In this document: positions 43,503-56,902 of the stretch, one piece after another
How the letters are laid out: each line of letters starts with the position of its first letter
Position numbering within the stretch: position 1 is the first letter of the stretch
Assembly: GCA_964016885.1 (NCBI GenBank)
Contig: OZ024741.1
Location: 286,998,001 to 287,062,000 of the forward strand
Length of the DNA: 64,000 nt
From: Eledone cirrhosa
Taxonomy: Eukaryota
Direction: 5' to 3'
Notes under the pieces: generated by a model
Told to the model about the DNA's origin: nothing
What the model saw: the letters and a program-made list of their open reading frames with translations, nothing else
Database searches by the model: none
Made by a program: the position numbers and the translations under genes

Positions 43503-43924
43503 CGAGAATGAAGAAAATACACAGGCAAGAAAAGAAAAGAAAATACAGGCTACTATATGAAGTAGTAATGGCATTCAATTAGAACAATAACAACAATTAC
43601 AACAATGCTATCAATAAATTATTTAAGGAGACCCTGACATTACTTAGGTGGGGGGTATATAATGTATCTAATGTTACGGCGTGTAAAACTAGCTGTCATA
43701 AGGCAAAATGAAGCGTTGGCATGTACAAAGTATCGTAGTGTATATCAATTTTAAATTATAAAGATAAGCTAGCTTTTACAGTCTTTCTCTTCATCTTCAA
43801 CAGTATACATGAGTGGGACCACTGTCAAAGCTAAATAGTTGTTGAGTTAATACAGAGGTTAACGAATTAATATACGCATATATTTACGCACAGGTTTGAG
43901 GATAAGCGGGATATAACTGTCACC

Positions 43925-44334
43925 TCCCAGATAGGTGCCCATTGGCGAACAGATGTCTCGATTCGAGCCTGGTGTACATGTGCACTGTCATCTCGGGTAA
44001 CTCCACCTGGAATTACATAGGATCCACCGCGGGTTCTTTTAAGAAAAGATGGTATGTGCACAGGCACTCAATGAAAAACCGTGCACTTATGGGTTCCACG
44101 ACCCTCGCCAAAAAAATATGGGAATTGAAGGACAGCAACACTAACTACAGTATCAACTGGTCGAAGTTGTCGGCTGCTAAAACCTATAGTACAGGGATGT
44201 CCCATTGCGGGCTATGTGATCTTGAGCTATTGTATATCCTTAGAAATGTTAAAAGGCTACTTAATAAGTTAGAAAGATCTATCTTCTGCAGACATAGAAT
44301 AGCCACTAAATTCATAAGATTCAAACCTCCGTGA
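43925..44334 (+). pseudogene. Neptune-type GIY-YIG endonuclease domain, 5'-truncated
   Basis: CPLANRCLDSSLVYMC..YIGSTAGSFKKRWYVH..TTLAKKIWELK..CGLCDLE..LLNK..CRH. Confidence 0.9.
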
Positions 44335-45080
44335 ATCGAACCAACATAACATAGCTTTAAATTAGGATACCTACTACCCACAGAAATATATTCATTAAGT
44401 ATACTATATCCTTCACAAGTCTATACCACACAATTGTCTGTAAGTACCTCATCTACCAACAATCTTACTCCTTCTCAGCTGCTGCCATCATTTGATCCTA
44501 AATCCTAGTTTTTCTCATTTCACTACTACAATGTTACTTTACCTTCTTTCTGCCTTAATTACAATTAGCACGCTTATCTCTTTGCATGTATGTATATTTT
44601 TGTACGAGTGTATATTGATGTGTATGTATGTGTCTATGTACACATGCATGTGTATATATGTGTATGTGTGTGTGTGTATGTGTGTGTGTGTGTGCGTAAA
44701 TATATGCGTATATTAATTCGTTAACCTCTGTATTAACTCAACAACTATTTAGCTTTGACAGTGGTCCCACTCATGTATACTGTTGAAGATGAAGAGAAAG
44801 ACTGTAAAAGCTAGCTTATCTTTATAATTTAAAATTGATATACACTACGATACTTTGTACATGCCAACGCTTCATTTTGCCTTATGACAGCTAGTTTTAC
44901 ACGCCGTAACATTAGATACATTATATACCCCCCACCTAAGTAATGTCAGGGTCTCCTTAAATAATTTATTGATAGCATTGTTGTAATTGTTGTTAATGTT
45001 CTAATTGAATGCCATTACTACTTCATATAGTAGCCTGTATTTTCTTTTCTTTTCTTGCCTGTGTATTTTCTTCATTCTCG

Positions 45081-45193
45081 CATGCTCCGAAGATCTGACT
45101 GGTTATAATTCTGTATTGGCGATCGAGTAACGCAAAATTAAGCGAATAGCGATCTCTAGACATACCAGTTCAGTGAAACAAATGTAAGCTATG
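45081..45193 (+). ncRNA. Type I hammerhead, C4 variant with long stem II insertion
   Basis: CATGCT-CCGAAGA-T-CTGA-CTGGT..ACCAG-t-TCAG-T-GAA-ACAAATGT-A/AGC-t-ATG; GUA site after 45186. Confidence 0.72.
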
Positions 45194-45399
45194 TGATTAA
45201 AAACTTTTTTGTATAGCAAACCATGTAAACCTTCTTTCCTGATTTATATATATATATATATTAAGAAACGGCTGGATACAAAGATAAGTTCACATACAAC
45301 GACCAGACTAACAACACAAAGTTACACAATCAACATAAGACTTTATCAACACCTATTGACAATAATGCCCCCCCCCCTCCTCCCCCCACTAGAGTAACT

Positions 45400-46430
45400 A
45401 CCACGCAAGAACCACCACTAGCCGACAGGCCAGGCAGTGACATATACTACTGCAAAGGAGGTAAAGCCATACCCGCCTGCCCCTCTAATGACATGATGCC
45501 TAGCACACAAATAGGTATTAATAGGGACCGAAGATTAAACGGTACAAACCAAACCAGAACACGCAAACAGTTATGCCTGACCTCAACACACCCACAAACA
45601 AGCTGTAGCAACCAGACTAAACATCTTAGGACACAGAGTAGAACCATGACATGGTACAACGCCCCGTACTCGATGAACGTTGTTACCAATGTCCCAGAAG
45701 CATTCTTCAATCCTTGACCAATCCTTTCCACCCACACACAAACATCACACGCCCTTTAACAGACACACAGTAAAATTCTCCTTCTCCACATCACCCAATC
45801 TAGCTGACACTATAGCATACACTAATAGAATCAAAATACCAAAACATAAACAAGCACCCCAAGCAATCACTAACACAACGCAAAATAATACCACACAGAC
45901 AATACGCAACAATGCTCAACAGCAAGCCAACTCCAACCAAAATGAGACTAACCAGCAACATACCAATAATGCAGCCGCCTCTAGGTGTAACTGCAAAAAG
46001 CCAGAGAAATACCCACTGAGCGGAGAGTGCCGCATCAGGAACATTGTATACTAGTGCGATGTCATGGTTGGGCGCAATGAATACACATATATAGGCGCAA
46101 CCTCGACAACCTTTAAGGAGTGAGTGTAAACCACAGTAACTCTTTCAACCACAGACCTATGCGCTCCAAAACCAGACTGGCCGATTTGATCTGGGACCTC
46201 AAGTATAGGAACCCGAAATACCAGATCAAATGGTCCGTAAGGAGACGCGAGGCCCAACATTCCACCGGAGGAAGCCACTGCAGGTTGTGCCTGGCAGAAT
46301 TTGTAGAGATCATTAAATTCTAATCAGCTATTAATTTGAGATCGGAAATTTTCGTAAACTACCGACACACCAGAAAGCATACATTCTCCGCCATGGTATT
46401 CGGTCTGACAGACCAAAACGTTACCACCTG
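45400..46430 (+). pseudogene. 5'-truncated Neptune-type linker plus GIY-YIG, decayed
   Basis: WYNAPYSMNVVTN, FNRHTVKFSFSTSPNL, CNCKKPEKYPLSGECRIRNIVY, YIGATSTTFK, NHSNSF..TRLADLIWDLK, CRLCLAE. Confidence 0.88.
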
Positions 46431-46881
46431 AACTCAAACAACGATAGACACAACATCTTAGTAACTACTACAATTATTATTATCACATCTTATCAACTTT
46501 ATCATCGTCCCCATTACCACCGTTACATTCATTACCAATGTTGTTCTTGTTAATATTATATTGTATTCTTTATCATGTCCCCCATCACAAAACATACCAC
46601 CATGTATTCACCACTCTCCCCCATACCAACACGTACCACACACACAAGAGGCACACATAAAACAGCAGCATCCTACACATTACCACAATTAATTTCATCA
46701 CTTCCATTTGTATCACCAATTTCATCCCCGTTATCACTAACATGACACTTATTTCCCAACACATTTTCACCCTTCTCATATCCTAAATTTATTTTACCAC
46801 CATATATTCCTATGCGATTGTTATCTAGACACACTACTAGCGAGATATACATATATATATATATATATATAGAGAGAGAGT

Positions 46882-48376
<1,495 letters not shown>

Positions 48377-48553
48377 AGTAAGAATATTTTCGAAACAGCG
48401 AGAGGATTTGAAATTATTAGAAATGTTAGCTATCGCCGTATTTTGACTAAAGAAATTAAAGAAATTATTTAGCCTGATAGTGGTGTTAAGAACCCTCGGA
48501 GAAATGGAAAAAGATGAGTATTGACGTACATGTACGTCAATACACATCTTTTT

Positions 48554-48617
<64 letters not shown>

Positions 48618-48982
48618 ATTTTAGTACAGCATTGACGAAGCTTTAGAATACGGCCAAGCTAGCGTATATGCATAATCGGTCTGTAGCTTGAGCACTCGGA
48701 TGAGGAAAGACCCCAGAGTAATAACATTACGTTCAGACAGCTTAGCAAATCAGATATAGCGGTCCGCAGTCCAGCCGCATTACCAGAGCAACGAAAATAC
48801 AGGACCCAGGAATAGAGCTGGTCAATTCCGTATGGTCAATATTAATGTAATAATATGGAGAGTACTCAACGTAAAGCAGTTCAACCGTCTTTGTTTTTGT
48901 AGTTGGTGGTGCTATTACGGAGTTAAATATTATAATGAAATGACAGCAGGCTGGACCTGTGTAAATCCTTGAAAGGTTTATT

Positions 48983-49040
48983 ATACTATGGTCATTTCAA
49001 TGACCGGGTTCCTTATGAATCCGGTGATATCATCAGGTAT
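48983..49040 (-). ncRNA. Type I hammerhead (left arm of E)
   Basis: ATAC-CTGATGA-TATCACCGG..CCGGTCATT-GAA-ATGACCAT-A/GTAT. Confidence 0.75.
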
Positions 49041-49944
49041 TAGAAATATAATAAGTGAATGTAATAGATAAAATCCATGGGGCTGAAAATCAAAGACCCG
49101 AGGACGACCGCCATCCAGCATCTTCGACCTTTGCCGGTCGCCCTCAAGTGACGTGGCTAAAGCTTACAGTGTGCTACTACCGGTCAAATAAAGGAAAACA
49201 GAAAGGGATAGGAACATGAACATAAGTCAGCGTTAATATCATGCCACAATAATGCCAATCTTCTGCTCACACATTATAACATACAGACCCCCACTATATT
49301 TACCTCTGCTAAGATACGGATCCCTTTGAAAATATTTTTTTCGCGCTATTCCTGGCCTGGCTGTAGTCTGACATTAATATCGATCTTTCTTCCTCTTTCT
49401 TTCTATCTTTCTTCTTGTAGCCATCAACCCTGACTTTTCTTCTTCTTCCTTTTCTTCTTCTCTTCCCCCTTCTTTCTGTCTTTCTCCTTGTGGCATGATA
49501 TTAACGCTGACTTATCTTCCTCCCCCTATTTGTTTGCCTATATTTGACCGGTAGTAGTTGTTAAGATACGGGTCCCTTAGAATAAATTTTTTTCGCGACA
49601 TTCCTGGCCTGACTGTAATACCGACCTTTCCTCCTCTTTCTTTCTGTCTTTCTTCTTATAGCTGACATTAACCCTGACTTCTCTTCTTCTTCCTTCTCTT
49701 CCTTCCCCCTTCTTCTCTCTTCTTTCTTTCTTTCTTTTTTCTTGTGGCATGATATTAACGTTGACTTATTTTCCTATCCCTTTCTGTTTTCCTTTATTTG
49801 ACCGGTAGTAGCACACTGTAAGCTTTAGCCACGGCACTTGAGGGCGACCGGCAAAGGTGGAAGATGCTGGATGGCGGTCGTCCTCGGGTCTTTGATTTTC
49901 CGCCCCATGGATTTAATCTATTAGATTCACTTATTATATTTCGA

Positions 49945-50002
49945 ATACCTGATGATATCACCGGATTCATACGGAACCCGGTCATTGAAATGATCATAGT
50001 AT
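49945..50002 (+). ncRNA. Type I hammerhead (right arm of E)
   Basis: ATAC-CTGATGA-T-AT.ACCGG..CCGGT.AT-T-GAA-ATGATCAT-A/GTAT; palindromic stem III; AUA site after 49998. Confidence 0.82.
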
Positions 50003-50052
50003 AATAAACCTTTCAAGGATTTACACAAGTCCAGCCTGCTGTCATTTCATTA

Positions 50053-50128
<76 letters not shown>

Positions 50129-50157
50129 TACATATATGTATGTATGTATATATATAT

Positions 50158-50291
50158 ATAACGAAGGAGGTGTGGTAAGGAACCAGATGGACCGTAACGC
50201 ACCAGAGTACTCAATAATTAGGGTAGTAGAGTGGCTAATAGGAAATAGCCGTCGAAACGGCTTGAGCTCTGCCGTCGGGGTCAAACATTTT

Positions 50292-50296
<5 letters not shown>
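50158..50296. mobile_element. Tiny inverted remnant of the family A pLTR inside (TA)n
   Basis: Reverse complement of the 6240-6322 tail joined to TAGCCGTCGAAACGGCTTGAGCTCTGCCGTCGGGGTC. Confidence 0.8.
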
Positions 50297-50339
<43 letters not shown>

Positions 50340-51970
50340 GTATGGATATGTGTGCATGTGTGTGTGCCTCTGTGGGTGTGTACACATGTATATTCTCTAT
50401 AGTACAAATATCCCTTTAAGGCTATAGATAGTTTACACCAAAGCCCCATCCCCAACCTAGGCTAACCTACTTTCCTTATCTTTTTTCCTTTTTATTTTCA
50501 TTTTCATTTATTCCTCTTCGGCAAGCCGCTAACCAGCAGAACCCCCTCCCCCTAGTGCAGTACCGCACTTCTTCATCTCCTATCACGCATAGCCCATAAC
50601 CACTTCCAAACCCATACCCACCACCTCCGCCTCACCACATACATGCCCCAATGTCTATGAAACAGCCAAACCTCCCCCAAAACTCACACCAGGCACCGCT
50701 CTCCACCATCACCACCACCTCGTCATTATGAGTATCCACCCCCACCCCCACTTATCACACACGCCAAAACATTCCTTATAGCAAATCCACCAATCAAAAC
50801 AACAGAAAATGACCACTGTAATTGAATGTGAAACGTTACAGACATTTCTAAGTTCTACAGGTTCATTCTGTCATTACCACAACAGAAGTCCGACGAGCTT
50901 TTGATTCCAGAGTCGGGCAAGATTGTTAAAGATCGAAGCTTGAGCTGATTAATGGCGAAACGTAATGAAGGCATCGTCCTTTTATTATCATATTTACATT
51001 CTGCTTTGTTCTACACCGCTTTACAGACAGGAAACTACGCATCGACTGCTCACTCGGGTGAAGCTGCAGTAACTGCATGTTACACTCCCTATATATATAT
51101 ATGAATATGTGTATGTATATATATATATATGTGTAAGTGTGTGTATATATGTACACACACACACACACATACACACACATACACACACACATATATATAT
51201 ATATATCCTGTCGCGATCAGAGGTTATTCACTATTTCAACAGGTTTCTTATTAGGTATACCATATCCCGTGAGTGCTTTCAAATTCCACAGTTTTCTTGT
51301 TCTTTCTAGATCGAATATTATTTGCTAACACATACATTTACATATATGTTTACACCCAGACGTTGATATGTTTGATGGAAGGCTTTCTTGCATGTATTTA
51401 TTGACTTTCTTTGGTTAGTTATATTCCATTAAACCAATTCTGATATTCTTTTAGTCTCAGGAGGTTATGGCACCATTTTAATGTGAGCGGTCTCTTTTTC
51501 TACATCACTAGGTTTGCTTCCAATGCGATTAATTTCGCTGTTAATGTAGAAAGCTTTATAGAAATAAATCTTCGATTTGAAAGAGTGAAATAAATCTTTA
51601 CAAACAAGAGTCTTATAGACATTGATTTATTTTTCAACTGGACGTCGAGCAAGAACAAAATAATTCTTTCTCATTCATTTGTTTATTTGATGTTGAATAT
51701 ACTATGGCAATGTAGATTATCAATATGAAGAAAGAGATATTGCACATATGTTTAAGGTCAGCAGAGAACGAGAGAGGGAGAGATGGGGGTAGAGGGAGAG
51801 ATGGGAGAGAGAGTGAAAAGAGAGAAAGAGGTGGAAGAGTCTCACACACACAAACAGATAGGCAGACAGATGCACGAACCCACATAGAGACACGTACACA
51901 CACATACGCACACACACACACATAGTTCAACGTTAAAAAAGACTAAAACAGAAAACTACACAAAATGTCA

Positions 51971-52087
51971 ATATAGAAATGACTTCTACAGGACTAGAAC
52001 TGTTTCATTCGCATGAAATCATCAGGAATGATCTGATGATTTCATACGAATGAAACAGTTCTAGTCCTGTAGAAGTCATTTCTATAT
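51971..52087. repeat. Near-perfect hairpin of about 55 bp made of two divergent hammerhead remnants
   Basis: Right arm CTGATGA-TTTC-atac-GAAT-GAAACAGTTCTAGTC-CTGTAGAAG; left arm is its reverse complement; 5' strand of stem I is missing. Confidence 0.75.
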
Positions 52088-52183
52088 AGAATACACACAG
52101 CTCCCTGTTTCTCCCAAAATGTTTATTATTTTATTGCTGTGACTTGTTCTTTCTTTTTTTCCGTGGTTGCTATTTACTCTTTC

Positions 52184-52578
<395 letters not shown>

Positions 52579-53214
52579 GGTTATTTATATACATACAGGT
52601 GCTCGTGTTCCTCTCTGTTTCGGTATGTTCTCTGCGTTTTTTCCCCTTTCTCCCTTCTGCTTGATTTTTTTCTCTCTCTCCTTTTTTAACCCAATAACTT
52701 CCACGAGTTATTGACGCACTGGAGTTAGACATATTGTCTTTAATGCATTGAAATATCCGTGATCTCAAGCAGACAACTGAAATACACAAACTAAATACAC
52801 TTTATCAAATAACTACTTAGCTCCCTGTTTCTCCCAATTTTATATATATATATATATGTTAGTAGTGGGGTTCTTTCTTTCTCATATCTCATTCACGGCG
52901 GACGGTCTGTTTTCTGACCGCTCATGAAATTCACCCAGCTTATGCTGACCGGATAACCATCATGTTGCTTGCTGTTTTCTTACCTTCGGTTTGCTTTTCC
53001 TTCTATGTTGTTTACTTGTCCCACTCGCTTTACGCGATTCACTTGTCCCAATAGCTTATTTTAGTTATTGCTCGCACCAACCTGAGGTATCTGATTTTTA
53101 ATGCGATGAAATACCAATGATGGTTGGCAAATCACTGATGAGGGACTAATTTTATAATATGTAACCCATGTGCAACCACGCAGTGTTCCTCTTTCTTCCC
53201 ATGTTTTTATATAT

Positions 53215-53287
<73 letters not shown>

Positions 53288-53375
53288 AACATATATATAT
53301 ATATATAATTATATATATATATATATAATTATATATATATATATATATAATTATATATATATATATATATATATA

Positions 53376-53488
<113 letters not shown>

Positions 53489-53507
53489 TATATATATATA
53501 ATTATAT

Positions 53508-53565
<58 letters not shown>

Positions 53566-53730
53566 TATATATATATATATATACCTTTTTGTTGTTACTC
53601 TAGCGTCCCCCTTTATTTACGTGTCCCAACGACTTTTTTTAGCCGTTGTTCGCACCAACCTGAGGCTTATGGCCCTTAAAGCGATGAAATGCCGAGGACG
53701 GCTGGAGGGTCACTGATGAAGGACTCACTT

Positions 53731-53788
<58 letters not shown>

Positions 53789-53863
53789 GTATATATATAT
53801 ATATATATATATATAATTATATATATATATATATAATTGTATATATATATATATATATATATA

Positions 53864-53928
<65 letters not shown>

Positions 53929-53932
<4 letters not shown>

Positions 53933-54129
53933 AAGTATGACCGCGACGGCAGAGCTCAAGCCGTTTCGACGGCTATTTCTGGATTAAATAGTCCAGAAAT
54001 AGACGTCGAAAGGGCTTGAGCTCTGCCGTCGGGGTCATACTTTCTCCTATTACCCACTCTACTGCCCTAAGTATTGAGTACTCTGGTGTGTTATGGTCCT
54101 TCTGGTTCCTTACCACAACTCCTTCGTTA
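53929..54129. mobile_element. Hairpin remnant of the family A pLTR (arms about 53929-53983 and 53991-54046) plus tail
   Basis: 3' half of the family A hammerhead in both orientations, then the 6240-6322-type tail; inside (TA)n. Confidence 0.82.
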
Positions 54130-54142
54130 TATATATATATAC

Positions 54143-54174
<32 letters not shown>

Positions 54175-54191
54175 GTATGTATATATATATA

Positions 54192-54333
<142 letters not shown>

Positions 54334-54697
54334 TATATATATATATCATATATATATATATATTATATATATATATATATATATTCAAATCAACAAACAG
54401 CGAAAGACGCGTCCCGATTTGTCCGACAGACAACCTTTTCCCCCACCCCGAAAAAACCCCCAGTTGATGGATGTGAATCCGAAATATATAGGGACTATTA
54501 AATCTCTCCCAATGTAACTCTCTCTTGTGTTGTTATTTTTATTTTTATCCTTTATACTCTTCCCTTCATTCTACACATCTCACACATGTTATACACACCA
54601 CGCATCTCAACGTACACCCACTTACATCTCTCTCTCCACCACCGGACCTTGTTACCCGGAGATTTACCCATTTGCATTGTCGAGGCTTCCAAACGAA

Positions 54698-54749
<52 letters not shown>

Positions 54750-55040
54750 AAACAAAATGAAAACGAAATTTCATTTCTCACTCTTAGTATGGCACTTACT
54801 TAAATGTAAGTATGCATGTATACGTACATACATATATGTATACAGACGTACAGTAGCATGCACATATATATATATACATATATACATACATATGCATACA
54901 GGTACACATACATATATGCACGTATCAGTTTAGCGGCGCTAACGTCGCTTTGTTCGTTTGTAAACAAACTGAACAGCCTGAATTTATGCCATACGGTGTT
55001 AAGGCAACCACGTCACCTTTTTGTTCAACACTGACACAGG

Positions 55041-55085
55041 AACGATGTACTAGTTTCAAGCTTGTTAGCTATCATCAGCACCGTT
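55041..55085 (-). ncRNA. Minimal type I hammerhead; further copies at 55503, 55965 and 56427
   Basis: Reverse complement of 56858-56902. Confidence 0.85.
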
Positions 55086-56776
55086 TACCCATCTGCCAGA
55101 TAGTTGAACGTTCGAAAGTATATACTTTCCTTATGAAAATTAACGGCTGAGCAGCCTAATTTGCATATTGAGTGAGTTAAATCGGTCAGGCATACCGAAA
55201 ACGATAAATTGAAACAAAATGAAAACGAAATTTCATTTCTCACTCTTAGTATGGCACTTACTTAAATGTAAGTATGCATGTATACGTACATACATATATG
55301 TATACAGACGTACAGTAGCATGCACATATATATATATACATATATACATACATATGCATACAGGTACACATACATATATGCACGTATCAGTTTAGCGGCG
55401 CTAACGTCGCTTTGTTCGTTTGTAAACAAACTGAACAGCCTGAATTTATGCCATACGGTGTTAAGGCAACCACGTCACCTTTTTGTTCAACACTGACACA
55501 GGAACGATGTACTAGTTTCAAGCTTGTTAGCTATCATCAGCACCGTTTACCCATCTGCCAGATAGTTGAACGTTCGAAAGTATATACTTTCCTTATGAAA
55601 ATTAACGGCTGAGCAGCCTAATTTGCATATTGAGTGAGTTAAATCGGTCAGGCATACCGAAAACGATAAATTGAAACAAAATGAAAACGAAATTTCATTT
55701 CTCACTCTTAGTATGGCACTTACTTAAATGTAAGTATGCATGTATACGTACATACATATATGTATACAGACGTACAGTAGCATGCACATATATATATATA
55801 CATATATACATACATATGCATACAGGTACACATACATATATGCACGTATCAGTTTAGCGGCGCTAACGTCGCTTTGTTCGTTTGTAAACAAACTGAACAG
55901 CCTGAATTTATGCCATACGGTGTTAAGGCAACCACGTCACCTTTTTGTTCAACACTGACACAGGAACGATGTACTAGTTTCAAGCTTGTTAGCTATCATC
56001 AGCACCGTTTACCCATCTGCCAGATAGTTGAACGTTCGAAAGTATATACTTTCCTTATGAAAATTAACGGCTGAGCAGCCTAATTTGCATATTGAGTGAG
56101 TTAAATCGGTCAGGCATACCGAAAACGATAAATTGAAACAAAATGAAAACGAAATTTCATTTCTCACTCTTAGTATGGCACTTACTTAAATGTAAGTATG
56201 CATGTATACGTACATACATATATGTATACAGACGTACAGTAGCATGCACATATATATATATACATATATACATACATATGCATACAGGTACACATACATA
56301 TATGCACGTATCAGTTTAGCGGCGCTAACGTCGCTTTGTTCGTTTGTAAACAAACTGAACAGCCTGAATTTATGCCATACGGTGTTAAGGCAACCACGTC
56401 ACCTTTTTGTTCAACACTGACACAGGAACGATGTACTAGTTTCAAGCTTGTTAGCTATCATCAGCACCGTTTACCCATCTGCCAGATAGCTGCATAAATT
56501 CAGGCTGTTCAGTTTGTTTACAAACGAACAAAGCGACGTTAGCGCCGCTAAACTGATACGTGCATATATGTATGTGTACCTGTATGCATATGTATGTATA
56601 TATGTATATATATATATGTGCATGCTACTGTACGTCTGTATACATATATGTATGTACGTATACATGCATACTTACATTTAAGTAAGTGCCATACTAAGAG
56701 TGAGAAATGAAATTTCGTTTTCATTTTGTTTCAATTTATCGTTTTCGGTATGCCTGACCGATTTAACTCACTCAAT

Positions 56777-56784
56777 ATGCAAAT
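56777..56784 (+). promoter_or_regulatory. Octamer motif ATGCAAAT, one per satellite unit
   Basis: Exact match about 75 nt upstream of each hammerhead; also at 20-27, about 42754 and about 47775; function inferred only. Confidence 0.35.
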
Positions 56785-56857
56785 TAGGCTGCTCAGCCGT
56801 TAATTTTCATAAGGAAAGTATATACTTTCGAACGTTCAACTATCTGGCAGATGGGTA

Positions 56858-56902
56858 AACGGTGCTGATGATAGCTAACAAGCTTGAAACTAGTACATCG
56901 TT
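56858..56902 (+). ncRNA. Minimal type I hammerhead; 13 copies every 462 bp up to 62402-62446
   Basis: AACGGTG-CTGATGA-T-AGCT-aaca-AGCT-T-GAA-ACTAGT-A/CATCGTT; 7-bp stem I (one G-U), 4-bp stem II, palindromic stem III; GUA site after 56895. Confidence 0.87.

Larger units (their letters stand above)
43167..45246. mobile_element. Fold-back insert D: 5'-truncated Neptune element with inverted pLTR, arms about 43337-43891 and 44693-45246
   Basis: Near-identical inverted arms around a GIY-YIG remnant; outward-facing hammerheads; (TA)n on both sides. Confidence 0.92.
48616..50057. mobile_element. Fold-back insert E: arms about 48930-49248 and 49742-50057; spacer holds a tandem duplication of about 250 bp
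   Basis: Reverse-complement arms with outward-facing hammerheads; (TA)n on both sides. Confidence 0.87.

Noticed and set aside
50885-50990. Hammerhead (CCGACGAG..CGAAACG..CGTC)
   Set aside because: No convincing stem I or stem II
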